Assembly: GCA_021796435.1 (NCBI GenBank)
Contig: JAJYXM010000016.1
Span: forward strand, 310,625-374,624
Direction of reading: 5' to 3'
DNA: 64,000 nucleotides
Source: a bacterium
GTDB lineage: Bacteria > Patescibacteriota > Patescibacteriia > 2-12-FULL-60-25
Made by a program: the position numbers and the translations under genes. Positions 48,840 through 59,061 of this stretch are shown here, one piece after another; positions within the stretch are counted from its first letter, which is position 1; each line of letters opens with the position of its first letter. The notes under the pieces are model-generated. The model was not told the DNA's origin and ran no database searches. It saw nothing but the letters and a program-made list of their open reading frames with translations.

Positions 48840-49141
48840 TTATGGAGAAGAAAGCGCTGATATTCTATGTCGCGGTGACTTTGGTCGGTTTGGGGATCAT
48901 GGCTGGTTTGGTGCTGTACTTGAGGAGCCGTAATGCACCTAACGTAATACCGGTAGCAATACAAAGCACGACATCGACTGCGGCAGTACAAAATCTTACA
49001 GGCAATCAGACCAACTCAAAAGTGAGATATGCAGTGCCGTTGGATAAAATCCCTAAGGCTGAATCATACAAACCAGGGGACCCCATAAACGAACAATTAC
49101 CCACACTAACAATTTCGCCAGACGGTCAATTAGATCAATAA
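48836..49141 (+). CDS. Small single-TM membrane protein
   Basis: GTG/ATG start overlapping the giant gene stop; TM FYVAVTLVGLGIMAGLVLYL. Confidence 0.4.
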   Translation: MIMEKKALIFYVAVTLVGLGIMAGLVLYLRSRNAPNVIPVAIQSTTSTAAVQNLTGNQTNSKVRYAVPLDKIPKAESYKPGDPINEQLPTLTISPDGQLDQ

Positions 49142-49146
49142 TCACT

Positions 49147-50205
49147 ATGTTCGACAACGTACCCCCGAATCTGCCGGTAGAACCGGCCAATCAGACGCCG
49201 CCACCTCCGCCACCTACGCCCTCCGGCAATCAACCGAAACCGATCGTCGTCGGGCAACCCAAGAAAGAACCCGAGGATATCTTTTCGGACATCAATGTGG
49301 GCGGTGACGACATACAGACCGCACCATCTAGTCAGGATATCTACAGCGCACCGAAGAAGTCGGCTTTGCCTTTGGCCGCCGTGATAGTCGTTGCGATTAT
49401 CGTGTTAGGGGGAATAGCTTTTGCAGTATGGTATTTCCTGTTGCGGCAGGAGAGCGTCCCGGCTCCTGCCTCGAATACGACGCAGACTACACAGCCTGCG
49501 CCTGTCCAGCAGCAGCCGGAGATCGTCGAACAGCCTCCTGTGACGGCGAATGAGGTGACGACCGTGCCCCCGGCAGGTACGAATATCCCCTTGCCGGAAC
49601 AGACGGAGCAACCTACGACCACCGAAAACATGCCCGCCGAAGCGTCGACGGAACCGGCTGTGCCACCTCCGCCAGCAGCGGTGATTACGGAAGGTGTAGA
49701 TTCCGATAGCGATGGGCTGACTGATGTGGAGGAGGCGTTACTCGGGACAAACCCACAACTTGCCGATACTGATGGTGACGGATACAGCGACGGCAGCGAA
49801 GTGATGAACCTATACAGCCCTTTGGCGGCGAACCAGCCTTTATCCGCAGACCCAAGCTTCAGTCCAGCGACTTGGGAAGCGAAGTCGCCGCTTAACAGCT
49901 ATACTTGGACGTTTTTGCGGCCTAAGGCATGGCTCCTTAACGGAGAGTCGGTGATGCAAGCTGTACTTTCGACCGATACGTCTGCACGATTCGTCTTCAG
50001 CCTAGCTACGAAAGCGGATATCCCGCCTGGCGCCACTTTCAAGACGAAATCCGGTTTGGATGCCGTAAGGACAGAAGATCGTCTGACCACGTATGTCTAT
50101 TCGGGTGACGCCGTCATAGCTGTGACCTATGATCCGAATGGAGCGGCGACTTATGAGTATAGAACGTTATACGACGAACTGGTGAACTCGCTGCATCTGC
50201 AATGA
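49147..50205 (+). CDS. Membrane-anchored surface protein with Pro-rich linker, TSP3/dockerin-like Ca-binding motif and a C-terminal domain shared with the next gene
   Basis: TM LPLAAVIVVAIIVLGGIAFAVWYFLL; DSDSDGLTDVEEALLGTNPQLADTDGDGYSDGSEV; C-terminus ...YEYRTLYDELVNSLHLQ. Confidence 0.5.
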   Translation: MFDNVPPNLPVEPANQTPPPPPPTPSGNQPKPIVVGQPKKEPEDIFSDINVGGDDIQTAPSSQDIYSAPKKSALPLAAVIVVAIIVLGGIAFAVWYFLLRQESVPAPASNTTQTTQPAPVQQQPEIVEQPPVTANEVTTVPPAGTNIPLPEQTEQPTTTENMPAEASTEPAVPPPPAAVITEGVDSDSDGLTDVEEALLGTNPQLADTDGDGYSDGSEVMNLYSPLAANQPLSADPSFSPATWEAKSPLNSYTWTFLRPKAWLLNGESVMQAVLSTDTSARFVFSLATKADIPPGATFKTKSGLDAVRTEDRLTTYVYSGDAVIAVTYDPNGAATYEYRTLYDELVNSLHLQ

Positions 50206-50290
50206 GTGCCTAGGTGAGACCGATCGGAGCACGGACGTATATAGAAAAAATTAGTGCGGCAAGGTAAAATCATGATGACCACATCCTTTT

Positions 50291-51646
50291 ATGCCTGAAG
50301 AACAGATGAAACAAAACACGGCTGCAGCTGCAGAACCGGAAATAGTAGTCATACCGGAGAAGTACTACGGTGCTGCTTTGCGAGCTAAGGCTCCTGAGAT
50401 GGCGCCTATGCCTCAGCAGACATTGGAGAAACCCAAGAAGAGCCATGTTTTGCCTATCGTGATCGTTGTCGTCGTCCTGTTGATAGGTGCCGCCGCCGCT
50501 TTCGTCTATCTCAATCAGGAGTTGTTTTTCCCCAAGCCAGCGCCTACGCCGCAACCCGTCGTCGAGACGCCGGTCGAACCGACACCTGTGCCGCCTCCCG
50601 CCGCTCCGCTCAACCTAGCGGCTACATCGACTAATCCGCAGAGCGTCGCGATATCCTGGACCGATAATTCGGATAACGAATCAGGTTTCCGTCTGGAGCG
50701 TGCTGAAGGCACTGGCCCATTCTTCGCTTTGACCAATCTTCCGCCGAACAGCAGTTCTTTCCTGGATGTTTCGGTCAAAGCAGACACGACATATCGTTAT
50801 CGTGTATTCGCCTCTAACCAGTCTGGAGATTCCGCTCCATCAAACGAGTCCACGGCGCAAGTCCCACCATTACCGCCGGCGCCACCTGAACAGCAGAAGC
50901 TGCCACCGGCAGGTCTGGACAGCGACTCTGATGGTCTGACTGATCTGGAGGAGGACCTATTCAAGACGAACAAGAACAATCCAGACACCGACGGAGACGG
51001 ATTCTTGGACGGCAATGAGGTATTCCATCTGTACAACCCGAATGGTCAGGCGCCAGCCCGTCTGATTGACGCCGGTCTGGTCAAGGAGGTCAAGGGAAGC
51101 GTGGGTTGGACGATGCAGATACCGAGCGTCTGGAACATGAGGTTAGATAAGACTGACGGCACTGCTGCCACGATCGATAGCGGGCATGGCGAGACCTTCA
51201 TCCTCACCATACAGGATAATCCGAACAGGTTACCGATAATCGATTGGTATCTCGAGAAGAATCCTGATGTGCAACGCAGCGAAATATTGGTCTACAGGTC
51301 CAAGCAGGGTTATGACGGAATCATCGGTAAAGACCTATTGACTACGTACATACCCTGGGAAGATAAAGTCTTCGTATTCAAGTACGATATCGACGGCCAG
51401 CAGTACATAAACTATCGGACGACATATTCGATGATGTTGAATTCCCTCATCCTGCAGGGTATGCCGCAGGTTTCTCCGCCGGTAGCAGGGACACCGTTGC
51501 CTTTCGAACCAGCCGCTACGACCACAGGGGTCGTAAACCAGCCACAAGCCGTCGATGTATTCCCTTCGCCCGGAGAACAGACGCCCCTTGAGGGAACAGA
51601 GGGTCTGACGGCTACCACTACAGAGACGGTAAATCCAGCGCCATGA
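50291..51646 (+). CDS. Membrane-anchored surface protein, paralog of 49147-50205, with fibronectin type III domain
   Basis: TM VLPIVIVVVVLLIGAAAAFVYL; FN3-like PLNLAATSTNPQSVAISWTDNS...TTYRYRVFASN; DSDSDGLTDLEEDLFKTNKNNPDTDGDGFLDGNEV; C-terminus ...YINYRTTYSMMLNSLILQ. Confidence 0.55.
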   Translation: MPEEQMKQNTAAAAEPEIVVIPEKYYGAALRAKAPEMAPMPQQTLEKPKKSHVLPIVIVVVVLLIGAAAAFVYLNQELFFPKPAPTPQPVVETPVEPTPVPPPAAPLNLAATSTNPQSVAISWTDNSDNESGFRLERAEGTGPFFALTNLPPNSSSFLDVSVKADTTYRYRVFASNQSGDSAPSNESTAQVPPLPPAPPEQQKLPPAGLDSDSDGLTDLEEDLFKTNKNNPDTDGDGFLDGNEVFHLYNPNGQAPARLIDAGLVKEVKGSVGWTMQIPSVWNMRLDKTDGTAATIDSGHGETFILTIQDNPNRLPIIDWYLEKNPDVQRSEILVYRSKQGYDGIIGKDLLTTYIPWEDKVFVFKYDIDGQQYINYRTTYSMMLNSLILQGMPQVSPPVAGTPLPFEPAATTTGVVNQPQAVDVFPSPGEQTPLEGTEGLTATTTETVNPAP

Positions 51647-52089
51647 TTGAGATAGATTTGATCGAAGACGCCAAGTCAGGGCTCCCGAAGAAACAGCTTT
51701 TGGGGGCAGTGAGGAGCGTTTTGGATAAGAAGGACGCGAAGCAGGACCTTTATCTGAGTATCGTGTTCATCACGGCCGCGAAGATGAAGAGATTGAACAA
51801 AAAATATCGTCATAAGGATAAAGCCACTGATGTATTATCCTTTCCGGCGGATGTGACGCTTCCGGACGGAACGGAGGTCAGGTCTTTAGGTGATATCTTC
51901 ATCTGTCCTAGTTATGTGGCAGATGCGGCGCGTGAGATTGGCGTCGATTTCGATGAACAGGTGTTGCGCGTATTGGTACATGGCGTATTGCATCTTTTGG
52001 GCTATGATCACGAGAAAAAAGATGATGAAGGCAAGATGCTGCGCCTACAGGAACGTATGCTTAAGCGGTATATGAAGGCTTCTTTATGA
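51643..52089 (+). CDS. ybeY: rRNA maturation endoribonuclease YbeY
   Basis: HGVLHLLGYDHE zinc-binding motif; 4-nt overlap with the upstream gene. Confidence 0.9.
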   Translation: MIEIDLIEDAKSGLPKKQLLGAVRSVLDKKDAKQDLYLSIVFITAAKMKRLNKKYRHKDKATDVLSFPADVTLPDGTEVRSLGDIFICPSYVADAAREIGVDFDEQVLRVLVHGVLHLLGYDHEKKDDEGKMLRLQERMLKRYMKASL

Positions 52090-52460
52090 GTTTTATCCGT
52101 GGTTTAGGCGATAGTTTTTCACATGCCTGGAGAGGCCTGCGTTTGGCGTTCGTCAGCGAGAGGAGCTTCCGTATCCAGATCGTAGCAGCCACGGCCGTGT
52201 TGTTCGTAATTTTAGTCTTGCCGTTGAAGGAGCATGAGCGTCTGATACTGATACTGGCCGCAGGGGCGGTTCTTGTGCTAGAATTACTGAACAGCGCAGT
52301 CGAAAGGTTGGTGGATTTGTCGAAACCGAGGTTGCATGCGTTCGCGAAGGATATCAAAGACATCATGGCTGCTGCGGTTTTAGTTGCTTCGGTATTTTCT
52401 TTAGTCATAGGGATAATCGTCTTATGGCCGTATATCGGTGAACTTTTCCGTCTTTTATGA
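52086..52460 (+). CDS. dgkA: Diacylglycerol kinase (prokaryotic DgkA family)
   Basis: Three-TM DAGK_prokar-like sequence; conserved ybeY-dgkA adjacency; 4-nt overlap. Confidence 0.85.
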   Translation: MSFIRGLGDSFSHAWRGLRLAFVSERSFRIQIVAATAVLFVILVLPLKEHERLILILAAGAVLVLELLNSAVERLVDLSKPRLHAFAKDIKDIMAAAVLVASVFSLVIGIIVLWPYIGELFRLL

Positions 52461-53734
52461 AAGAACGCCTCATCATTGGTCTTGACCTAGGTTCATCGCG
52501 GATCCGTATCGCGGTGGGTCAACTTAATGTAGGTGCGGATAAGCAGGTTAAACTGAATCTGATAGGTGCGACGGAAGTGTCCTCGCAGGGTATAGCAAAG
52601 GGCAATATCACCGCGCTGGAAGACGCGGTAAGCGCGATTTCTTCCTGTTTGGAGCAGGCGGAGCGCATGATAGGCATGCCGTTGCCGGAAGCCACCGTGG
52701 GTTTGGGAGGGACTACTATATCGTCGCAAGATGCCAAGGGCGTCATAGGTGTTTCGAGGACGGATGGCGATATCAGGGCCGAAGATGTCGCGCGCGTAGT
52801 CGAGGCAGCTAAAGCTTTGGTGAACCCGGCGAACCAAGATATCTTGCATATCCTGCCGCGCAGTTTCACGGTCGATGGGCAGATCGGCATCAAGGATCCG
52901 ATCGGCATGCAGGGCATCCGTCTCGAAGTCGATGCCGTCATCGTCCAAGGGCTATCTTCGCAAGTCAGGAACATCACAAAAGCCGTTTTCCGTACGGGTT
53001 TGGACATCTCTTATCTCGTATATTCTCCGTTAGCTACGGCTGAAGCCATCTGTACGTCGCGACAAAAGGAGCTGGGCGTATGCGTGTTGAATATCGGTGC
53101 AGCGACCACGGGCGTCGCGGTATATGAGAACGGCGAGCTGTTGAAGGCCGTGACCATACCTTTAGGTGCCGATCACATCACCTCCGATATCGCCATCGGC
53201 TTGAAGATAGCTTTGGAAGCAGCCGAGAACATCAAGGTGATGCACGGCACGGCCAACCCCGAAACATTACCCAAACGCGGTGCGGATATCGACCTGATAG
53301 ATTACGGTTCAGGACAAAGCGAAATAGTTCCGTTACGCTATGTATCCGAGATCATCGAGGCCCGCGTCGAAGAGATTTTCGAGCGTGTCGACGCCGAGCT
53401 CAAGAAGATCGATAGGCAGGGGATGCTTCCGGCAGGCATAATCATGACCGGAGGTGGAGCGAAACTGCCCGGCATGGTCGAAGTAGGGAAGCGTGTATTG
53501 AAGTTGCCCTGCGCCTACGGCGTGACGCAGAACGTATCAAGCTCGATGCCCGAATTGGTCGAGGACCCTGCATACAGTACGGCCGTCGGATTGGTCATGT
53601 GGACGTTCGAGAACGAAAGGCGCGAGCAAGATGGTGTTTTGACGGCTATCGGTGGATTGGGGAGTAAGGGTTCGCAGTTGTTGAGTAAAATAGGCAGCCC
53701 GATAAAAAAGATCTTCAAATCATTCATGCCCTAA
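52457..53734 (+). CDS. ftsA: Cell division protein FtsA
   Basis: Actin-like ATPase motifs (IIGLDLGSSRIRIAVG, GGGTTISS, MTGGGAKLPG). Confidence 0.9.
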   Translation: MKERLIIGLDLGSSRIRIAVGQLNVGADKQVKLNLIGATEVSSQGIAKGNITALEDAVSAISSCLEQAERMIGMPLPEATVGLGGTTISSQDAKGVIGVSRTDGDIRAEDVARVVEAAKALVNPANQDILHILPRSFTVDGQIGIKDPIGMQGIRLEVDAVIVQGLSSQVRNITKAVFRTGLDISYLVYSPLATAEAICTSRQKELGVCVLNIGAATTGVAVYENGELLKAVTIPLGADHITSDIAIGLKIALEAAENIKVMHGTANPETLPKRGADIDLIDYGSGQSEIVPLRYVSEIIEARVEEIFERVDAELKKIDRQGMLPAGIIMTGGGAKLPGMVEVGKRVLKLPCAYGVTQNVSSSMPELVEDPAYSTAVGLVMWTFENERREQDGVLTAIGGLGSKGSQLLSKIGSPIKKIFKSFMP

Positions 53735-53779
53735 AGTCAGTGGCAAAAGAGACGCTCAATCAAGCGTTTTTTATTTGGC

Positions 53780-53808
53780 TTGACGGTGGCACATGGCTTC
53801 TGTATGCT
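53780..53808 (+). promoter_or_regulatory. Candidate internal promoter for ftsZ (TTGACG, 17 nt spacer, TATGCT)
   Basis: Hexamers with a 17-nt spacer in the ftsA-ftsZ intergenic region. Confidence 0.4.
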
Positions 53809-53847
53809 TTCTAAGAAGATTCAAATTTTGGCTCAATAGAGCCACTT

Positions 53848-55224
53848 ATGAGTACTTTTGGTGCTCAATACCATATGCCTGAGATCAAACCTGAAATTGA
53901 AACTTTCGCCAAGATCAAAGTAGTCGGTGTCGGAGGATCCGGAGGTTCGGCTATCAATCGGATGATCGCCTCGAAAATCCGTGGCGTCGAATTCGTCGTC
54001 ATGAATACTGACGTGCAAGCGTTGCATCACAGTGCAGCCTCGGTCAAATTGCATATCGGCAAGACCGTGACACGAGGTTTGGGTGCGGGCATGGATCCCG
54101 AGGTCGGTGCAAGAGCGGCAGAGGAATCACAGAATGAGATCAAAGAAATACTCAAAGGCGCGGACATGGTGTTCATCACCTGCGGTTTGGGTGGAGGTAC
54201 TGGTTCGGGTGCGGCGCCTGTCATTGCGGAAATGGCGAAGGAGATCGGCGCCCTGACCGTGGCCGTGGTGACACGACCATTCACTTTCGAAGGAGCGCAG
54301 CGCAGGGCCATAGCCGACACGGCCCATGAGAAACTTGCGGATGTGGTGGATACGATTATCACCATACCGAATGACCGTGTGCTTCAGATAATCGATCGCA
54401 AGACTTCTCTGTTGGACGCGTTCGAGATCGTTGATGATGTGTTGCGCCAAGGCGTCCAGGGCATATCTGAGCTTATTACCGTCCCCGGTTTGATCAATGT
54501 CGATTTCGCGGACGTCCGTGCCATCATGCATGATCGCGGTTCTGCCTTGATGGGTATCGGTCGTGGGAGCGGAGAGAACCGTGCGGCAGAAGCGGCTAAG
54601 GCAGCCATCGCTTCGCCTTTGCTCGAGGTCTCAATCGATGGAGCTAAAGGCATCCTCTTCACCATCACAGGTGGCTCAAACTTGGCGATGTTCGAAGTAT
54701 CTGAAGCCGCTAAGGTGATCACGCAGTCCACGGATCCGAGCGCTAAAGTCATATTCGGTGCGATTATCGATGAGGTCCTGAAGGATGAAGTCAAAGTCAC
54801 GGTCATCGCTACGGGTTTCGAGGTCAGACAACCATCCGGCAAGAAGAACGTCCTGGGCTCAGGTTCTTTCACGCCTAGGTCATATGGAGAATCGTTAGAG
54901 ACGATATCTTTCGCCGGTAAGCACTCGAGCGCTCCGGCTGCCGCACAACCAACCGCACCTCAACCATCACGTTTCAACCAAGAGCCGCCGACTTATCATC
55001 CGACGCCTGTCGCCGAGGAACAGCCTACAGCACCTTCGGCTCCACAACCGAGACAGCCTAATCCGACGCCTGCAGCAGTGCAGCCGCATGTCCAACCGCC
55101 GAATTATGCTCCGGTACAGTCTGCGCGTCCGCAGACTCCGAGCGCGCCGACGCGCGTGTCACCTCCTAAGACTGAAGAAGAAGAATTGGAGATCCCTGCT
55201 TTCATACGTAAGAAGATGATGTAG
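53848..55224 (+). CDS. ftsZ: Cell division GTPase FtsZ with Pro/Gln-rich C-terminal linker
   Basis: [13 protein letters not shown] and [14 protein letters not shown] tubulin motifs; C-terminal conserved peptide [11 protein letters not shown]. Confidence 0.95.
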   Translation: MSTFGAQYHMPEIKPEIETFAKIKVVGVGGSGGSAINRMIASKIRGVEFVVMNTDVQALHHSAASVKLHIGKTVTRGLGAGMDPEVGARAAEESQNEIKEILKGADMVFITCGLGGGTGSGAAPVIAEMAKEIGALTVAVVTRPFTFEGAQRRAIADTAHEKLADVVDTIITIPNDRVLQIIDRKTSLLDAFEIVDDVLRQGVQGISELITVPGLINVDFADVRAIMHDRGSALMGIGRGSGENRAAEAAKAAIASPLLEVSIDGAKGILFTITGGSNLAMFEVSEAAKVITQSTDPSAKVIFGAIIDEVLKDEVKVTVIATGFEVRQPSGKKNVLGSGSFTPRSYGESLETISFAGKHSSAPAAAQPTAPQPSRFNQEPPTYHPTPVAEEQPTAPSAPQPRQPNPTPAAVQPHVQPPNYAPVQSARPQTPSAPTRVSPPKTEEEELEIPAFIRKKMM

Positions 55225-55323
55225 GTCGAATAGAAAGAATATTTCGTACTTCGTATCCTCGTGTCCTGTGGGCTTGGCCATGCGCCAGACACGGAGTACG
55301 ATGTACGAAGTACGATTTTGTTT

Positions 55324-55836
55324 ATGCATTGCCCCATCTGCAGCCACCAAGAGACGAAAGTCATAGATTCGCGCATCTCAAGCGAAGGTTCCTCCGTACG
55401 TAGGCGCAGGGAATGCGAAAAGTGCGGTTTTCGGTTCACGACCGGCGAGGAAGTAGAGTTGCTGGATCTGGTCGTCGTAAAACGTGATGGCCGGCACGAT
55501 GCGTATTCCCGGGATAAGTTGGCGCAAGGCCTAAGGAAGTCGCTGGAGAAAAGGCCCTACACGGATGCAGCCTTCAGGAACCTATTGAGCGCTATCGAGA
55601 GGGACATACAGAAGAAGAAGACAAACGAGATAACCAGCGCAGAGATGGGCGAGTTGGTGATGGATAGGCTGAAGGGTTTCGATAAAGTCGCGTACATACG
55701 TTTCGCCTCGGTCTACCGGCAGTTCGAGGACGTCGAATCTTTTTCCAAAGAATTGGAGACATTGAAGGCGAAAAGACGTCGGAGGAAAGACAAAACCGGT
55801 GAAAACCGTAGTACGAATACGAGATTAGACTTATAA
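55324..55836 (+). CDS. nrdR: Transcriptional repressor NrdR
   Basis: MHCPICSHQETKVIDSR...CEKCGFRFTT zinc ribbon plus ATP-cone. Start taken at MHCP; the track ORF has a 21-aa upstream extension. Confidence 0.85.
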   Translation: MHCPICSHQETKVIDSRISSEGSSVRRRRECEKCGFRFTTGEEVELLDLVVVKRDGRHDAYSRDKLAQGLRKSLEKRPYTDAAFRNLLSAIERDIQKKKTNEITSAEMGELVMDRLKGFDKVAYIRFASVYRQFEDVESFSKELETLKAKRRRRKDKTGENRSTNTRLDL

Positions 55837-55846
55837 TACAAAAAAT

Positions 55847-57109
55847 ATGGAAGAACGAAAGAAAATCATCGTAAGCTTATTGATATCTGCCGCAAGCGGA
55901 GCGATCGGTGCGATTTTTGTCCTGTCTTTAGCTCCTTTCGTCAGACCGCAGTTGGCTTTCTTGTTTCCGCAGAAAAATGCCATAAAAAGCGAGCAAAAGG
56001 TCATCCAACCTCCTCAGAATCCTTTGTTGGCGTCTGAAAAGCCAGATGAAGAACGTGTAGTACAAGTGGTCAAACAGGCACAGCCTGCTGTCGTGGCAGT
56101 TTTGGTCTCGGCAGATGTGCCGACCCAACAGACACTGCCCCAATTCTATTCGCAAGATCCGTTATTCGAGCAGTTTTTCGGTCAGCAGCCGCAGCAACAG
56201 CAGGCGCCGACAGCAGACGGCCCGCAACGAGTCGCTGGCGGGTCCGGTTTCTTCGTCTCCGCCGATGGCCTGATCGTAACCAATAAACACGTGGTCCAGC
56301 TAAGCGGATTCGCAGCGGACAAACTGTACTACAAGATACAGACAAATGCGGGCAAGACATATGATGCCAAGCTCTTGGCGGCCGATCCGATACTCGATCT
56401 GGCTTTCCTTAAGGTAGAGAACGCAGGCGACGAGAGGTTCACCTATCTGGAGTTGGGTGATTCTTCACAACTCATGCCGGGCCAGTCGGTCATCGCCATC
56501 GGCAACGCTTTGGATGAGTTCAGGAATTCAGTGACTCAAGGAGTCGTTTCCGGTCTGAACCGGCGCATCGTGGCCGGCGACGGTGTCGGGTCAGAGGTCA
56601 TAGAAGAGGCGATACAGACGGATGCTGCGATCAATCCCGGCAATTCAGGCGGACCACTTCTGGATCTGAACGGCAAAGTCGTAGGCGTGAACAGCGCAGT
56701 GTCGGATCAAGGTCAGAACCTGGGTTTCGCCATACCATCGCAGGTGTTGCAGCGCGATTTGGATAGCGTCAACAAAGACGGGAAGATCGCCAGGCCATTC
56801 TTAGGCGTGCGCTATATCATGGTGACGCCGGAACTGATCAAGGCGAACCAGTTGAAAGTCGATCACGGTGCTTTGATCATGCGCGGCGAAAACCGGAATG
56901 AATTGGCCATATCGCCCGGTTCGCCGGCGGATAAGGCTGGGTTGAAGGAAAACGACATCATCCTAGAGGTCGATGGACAGAAAATAGATGAAGAACATTC
57001 ATTGTCATCACTCATCGGTAAGCATGCCGTGGGGGATGAAGTGACGTTAAAGATCTATTCGGCGGGCGAAGAAAAGACGGTCAAGGCGAAACTCGAGGAA
57101 ATGAAATAA
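55847..57109 (+). CDS. htrA: HtrA/DegP-family serine protease (trypsin-like + PDZ)
   Basis: GSGFFVSADGLIVTNKHVV (catalytic His), GNSGGPLLDLNGKVVGVNSA (catalytic Ser), C-terminal PDZ. Confidence 0.85.
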   Translation: MEERKKIIVSLLISAASGAIGAIFVLSLAPFVRPQLAFLFPQKNAIKSEQKVIQPPQNPLLASEKPDEERVVQVVKQAQPAVVAVLVSADVPTQQTLPQFYSQDPLFEQFFGQQPQQQQAPTADGPQRVAGGSGFFVSADGLIVTNKHVVQLSGFAADKLYYKIQTNAGKTYDAKLLAADPILDLAFLKVENAGDERFTYLELGDSSQLMPGQSVIAIGNALDEFRNSVTQGVVSGLNRRIVAGDGVGSEVIEEAIQTDAAINPGNSGGPLLDLNGKVVGVNSAVSDQGQNLGFAIPSQVLQRDLDSVNKDGKIARPFLGVRYIMVTPELIKANQLKVDHGALIMRGENRNELAISPGSPADKAGLKENDIILEVDGQKIDEEHSLSSLIGKHAVGDEVTLKIYSAGEEKTVKAKLEEMK

Positions 57110-57196
57110 TCCTGTCTTTTTTCGGGACTTGACAGCGGTCGCTGCGCGGCATAAGAAAGCCGTGTAGTTTTCGGACTTTCTCCGTGGAGGTATGTT

Positions 57197-57529
57197 ATGG
57201 CTATGCCGCCAGTGACGAGACCGCAAGAAGCCAGGGAATATCTAGACGCGCTTCAGCAGCGGAAGTGGCAGGCTGAGCTTTTTGGACGGGTCGACAACTC
57301 CCGTCTTACGGCCGGTTCGCCAATGCGCTACTACTGCGAAGTATGTGGCTTGCAATCGGACGTGCTGGCGGAGTCTGACTTCGTTACCAGGCCGAAGAAG
57401 CAGTGCGCGGCCTGCAAGGAGATGCTCGATCGCGGTTACTCGCCCAGCTTGGGCAAGTTTCCAGGTGTCGACACTTCCGTCATCGACACGCATGGGGAAA
57501 CCGTCGGACACCGGCGGCTCGGACGCTGA
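57197..57529 (+). CDS. Hypothetical small zinc-ribbon protein
   Basis: CEVCG ... CAACK motif pair; preceded by GGAGG. Confidence 0.35.
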   Translation: MAMPPVTRPQEAREYLDALQQRKWQAELFGRVDNSRLTAGSPMRYYCEVCGLQSDVLAESDFVTRPKKQCAACKEMLDRGYSPSLGKFPGVDTSVIDTHGETVGHRRLGR

Positions 57530-57535
57530 ACTTCT

Positions 57536-57576
57536 GCGCACGCATCCACTCGGATGCGTGCGCTTTCCGTTTTGTC
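57536..57576 (+). terminator. Strong rho-independent terminator upstream of pyk
   Basis: gcgcacgcatcc-actc-ggatgcgtgcgc (12-bp perfect stem) followed by tttccgttttgtcc. Confidence 0.75.
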
Positions 57577-57599
57577 CGAACCGGTAACTGCGGTACAAT
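57572..57599 (+). promoter_or_regulatory. Candidate pyk promoter (TTGTCC, 16 nt spacer, TACAAT), about 10-nt leader
   Basis: Hexamer spacing and position relative to the ATG at 57610. Confidence 0.4.
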
Positions 57600-57609
57600 G
57601 CCATAAAAT

Positions 57610-59061
57610 ATGGCAAAGCAAACCAAGCGTACAAAGATCGTCTGCACGATAGGTCCGGCGACGGCGAGTAAGGAGAAGATCAAAGAGTTGATAAGTTCCG
57701 GGATGAACATGGCGCGATTGAATTTTTCGCACGGTTCGTACGCCGATCACACGAAGCTCATCAAAGCCATCCGCGCTGCGTCAGCTGAACTGGGTGAGAC
57801 GGTCGCTATCCTGCAGGATCTGCAGGGTCCGAAGATCCGTGTCGGAGAACTGCCGGCCAAGGGTGTCGAGTTGAAGGCCGGAAGTACGGTCGTGTTGACG
57901 ACAAGCAACAAGCCGGGGAAAGGCAAGCTGCCTGTGACATATGCGGATCTGCATAAAGACGTCGAACCGGGGCAGAAATTGTTGCTGGACGACGGCTTGA
58001 TGGACATGAAGGTGGTCAAAGTAGTGGGCCGCGACATCACGTGTCTCGTCGGGACCGGCGGACTCCTGACGTCGCATAAGGGCATAAACTTGCCGGAGAC
58101 CAAGGTCAGTGCCTCGGCTTTGTCGGATAAAGATAAACAGGATGCGGAATTCGGTGTGAAGATGGATGTGGACTGGATCGCGTTGTCTTTCGTGCGCACG
58201 GCCAAGGAGATCCTTGATCTGAAATACCTCATAAAGAAATTCGAGAAACAGCAGAAAAAGAAAGTCACGGCGCCTATCCGCATCATCGCCAAGATCGAGA
58301 AACGTGAGGCGGTGGATAATATCCAGAGCATCCTGGAGGTCGTCGACGGCATCATGGTGGCGCGCGGCGATTTGGGCATAGAGATCCCGGCGGAGGATGT
58401 ACCGTTGGTGCAGAAACATCTCGTGGATGCGGCGCGCGAAGCGTCCAAGCCAGTCATAGTAGCGACGCAGATGTTGGATTCCATGATCCGCAATCCACGT
58501 CCGACGAGGGCAGAAGTCTCGGATGTAGCGAATGCGGTGATCGATCATACGGACGCGGTCATGCTGTCGGGCGAGACGGCTGCGGGAAAATATCCGATCG
58601 AGACGGTAGAGACCATGGCGCGTATCGTCCGCCGTACGGAACAATCGCACTATGACGACGTGGCAGCGCCGAAAATCCGCAAGTTCCTGACGGAGGAAGA
58701 GGCCGTGTCCAATGTCGCCGCCATACTGGCGAAGAGCACTGACGCCGCAGCCATCCTGGTAGCGTCACTCTCCGGCTCGGCCGGCAGGATAGTCAGCCGC
58801 TATCGACCTGAATTGCCGATCCTCGTCTCGACGAACGACCCGCGGGTGTGCAGGCAGCTTTCGGTCTCGTGGGGTGTGGTTCCCTTCGTCTTGCCGACTT
58901 GCCGCAGCATCGAAGAGCTTATAGATCGTTCGATGATCTATCTATTGGAGGCGCGTCAGGTCAAGAAAGGCGACGACGTGATAGTCATCGCTGGAGAGCC
59001 GGTCGGAGTCTCCGGACACATCAACTTCGTCGAAATCCGTAGAGTCGGACTAGAGAAATGA
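57610..59061 (+). CDS. pyk: Pyruvate kinase
   Basis: KIVCTIGPAT...MARLNFSHG...MVARGDLGIEIP motifs. Confidence 0.9.
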   Translation: MAKQTKRTKIVCTIGPATASKEKIKELISSGMNMARLNFSHGSYADHTKLIKAIRAASAELGETVAILQDLQGPKIRVGELPAKGVELKAGSTVVLTTSNKPGKGKLPVTYADLHKDVEPGQKLLLDDGLMDMKVVKVVGRDITCLVGTGGLLTSHKGINLPETKVSASALSDKDKQDAEFGVKMDVDWIALSFVRTAKEILDLKYLIKKFEKQQKKKVTAPIRIIAKIEKREAVDNIQSILEVVDGIMVARGDLGIEIPAEDVPLVQKHLVDAAREASKPVIVATQMLDSMIRNPRPTRAEVSDVANAVIDHTDAVMLSGETAAGKYPIETVETMARIVRRTEQSHYDDVAAPKIRKFLTEEEAVSNVAAILAKSTDAAAILVASLSGSAGRIVSRYRPELPILVSTNDPRVCRQLSVSWGVVPFVLPTCRSIEELIDRSMIYLLEARQVKKGDDVIVIAGEPVGVSGHINFVEIRRVGLEK

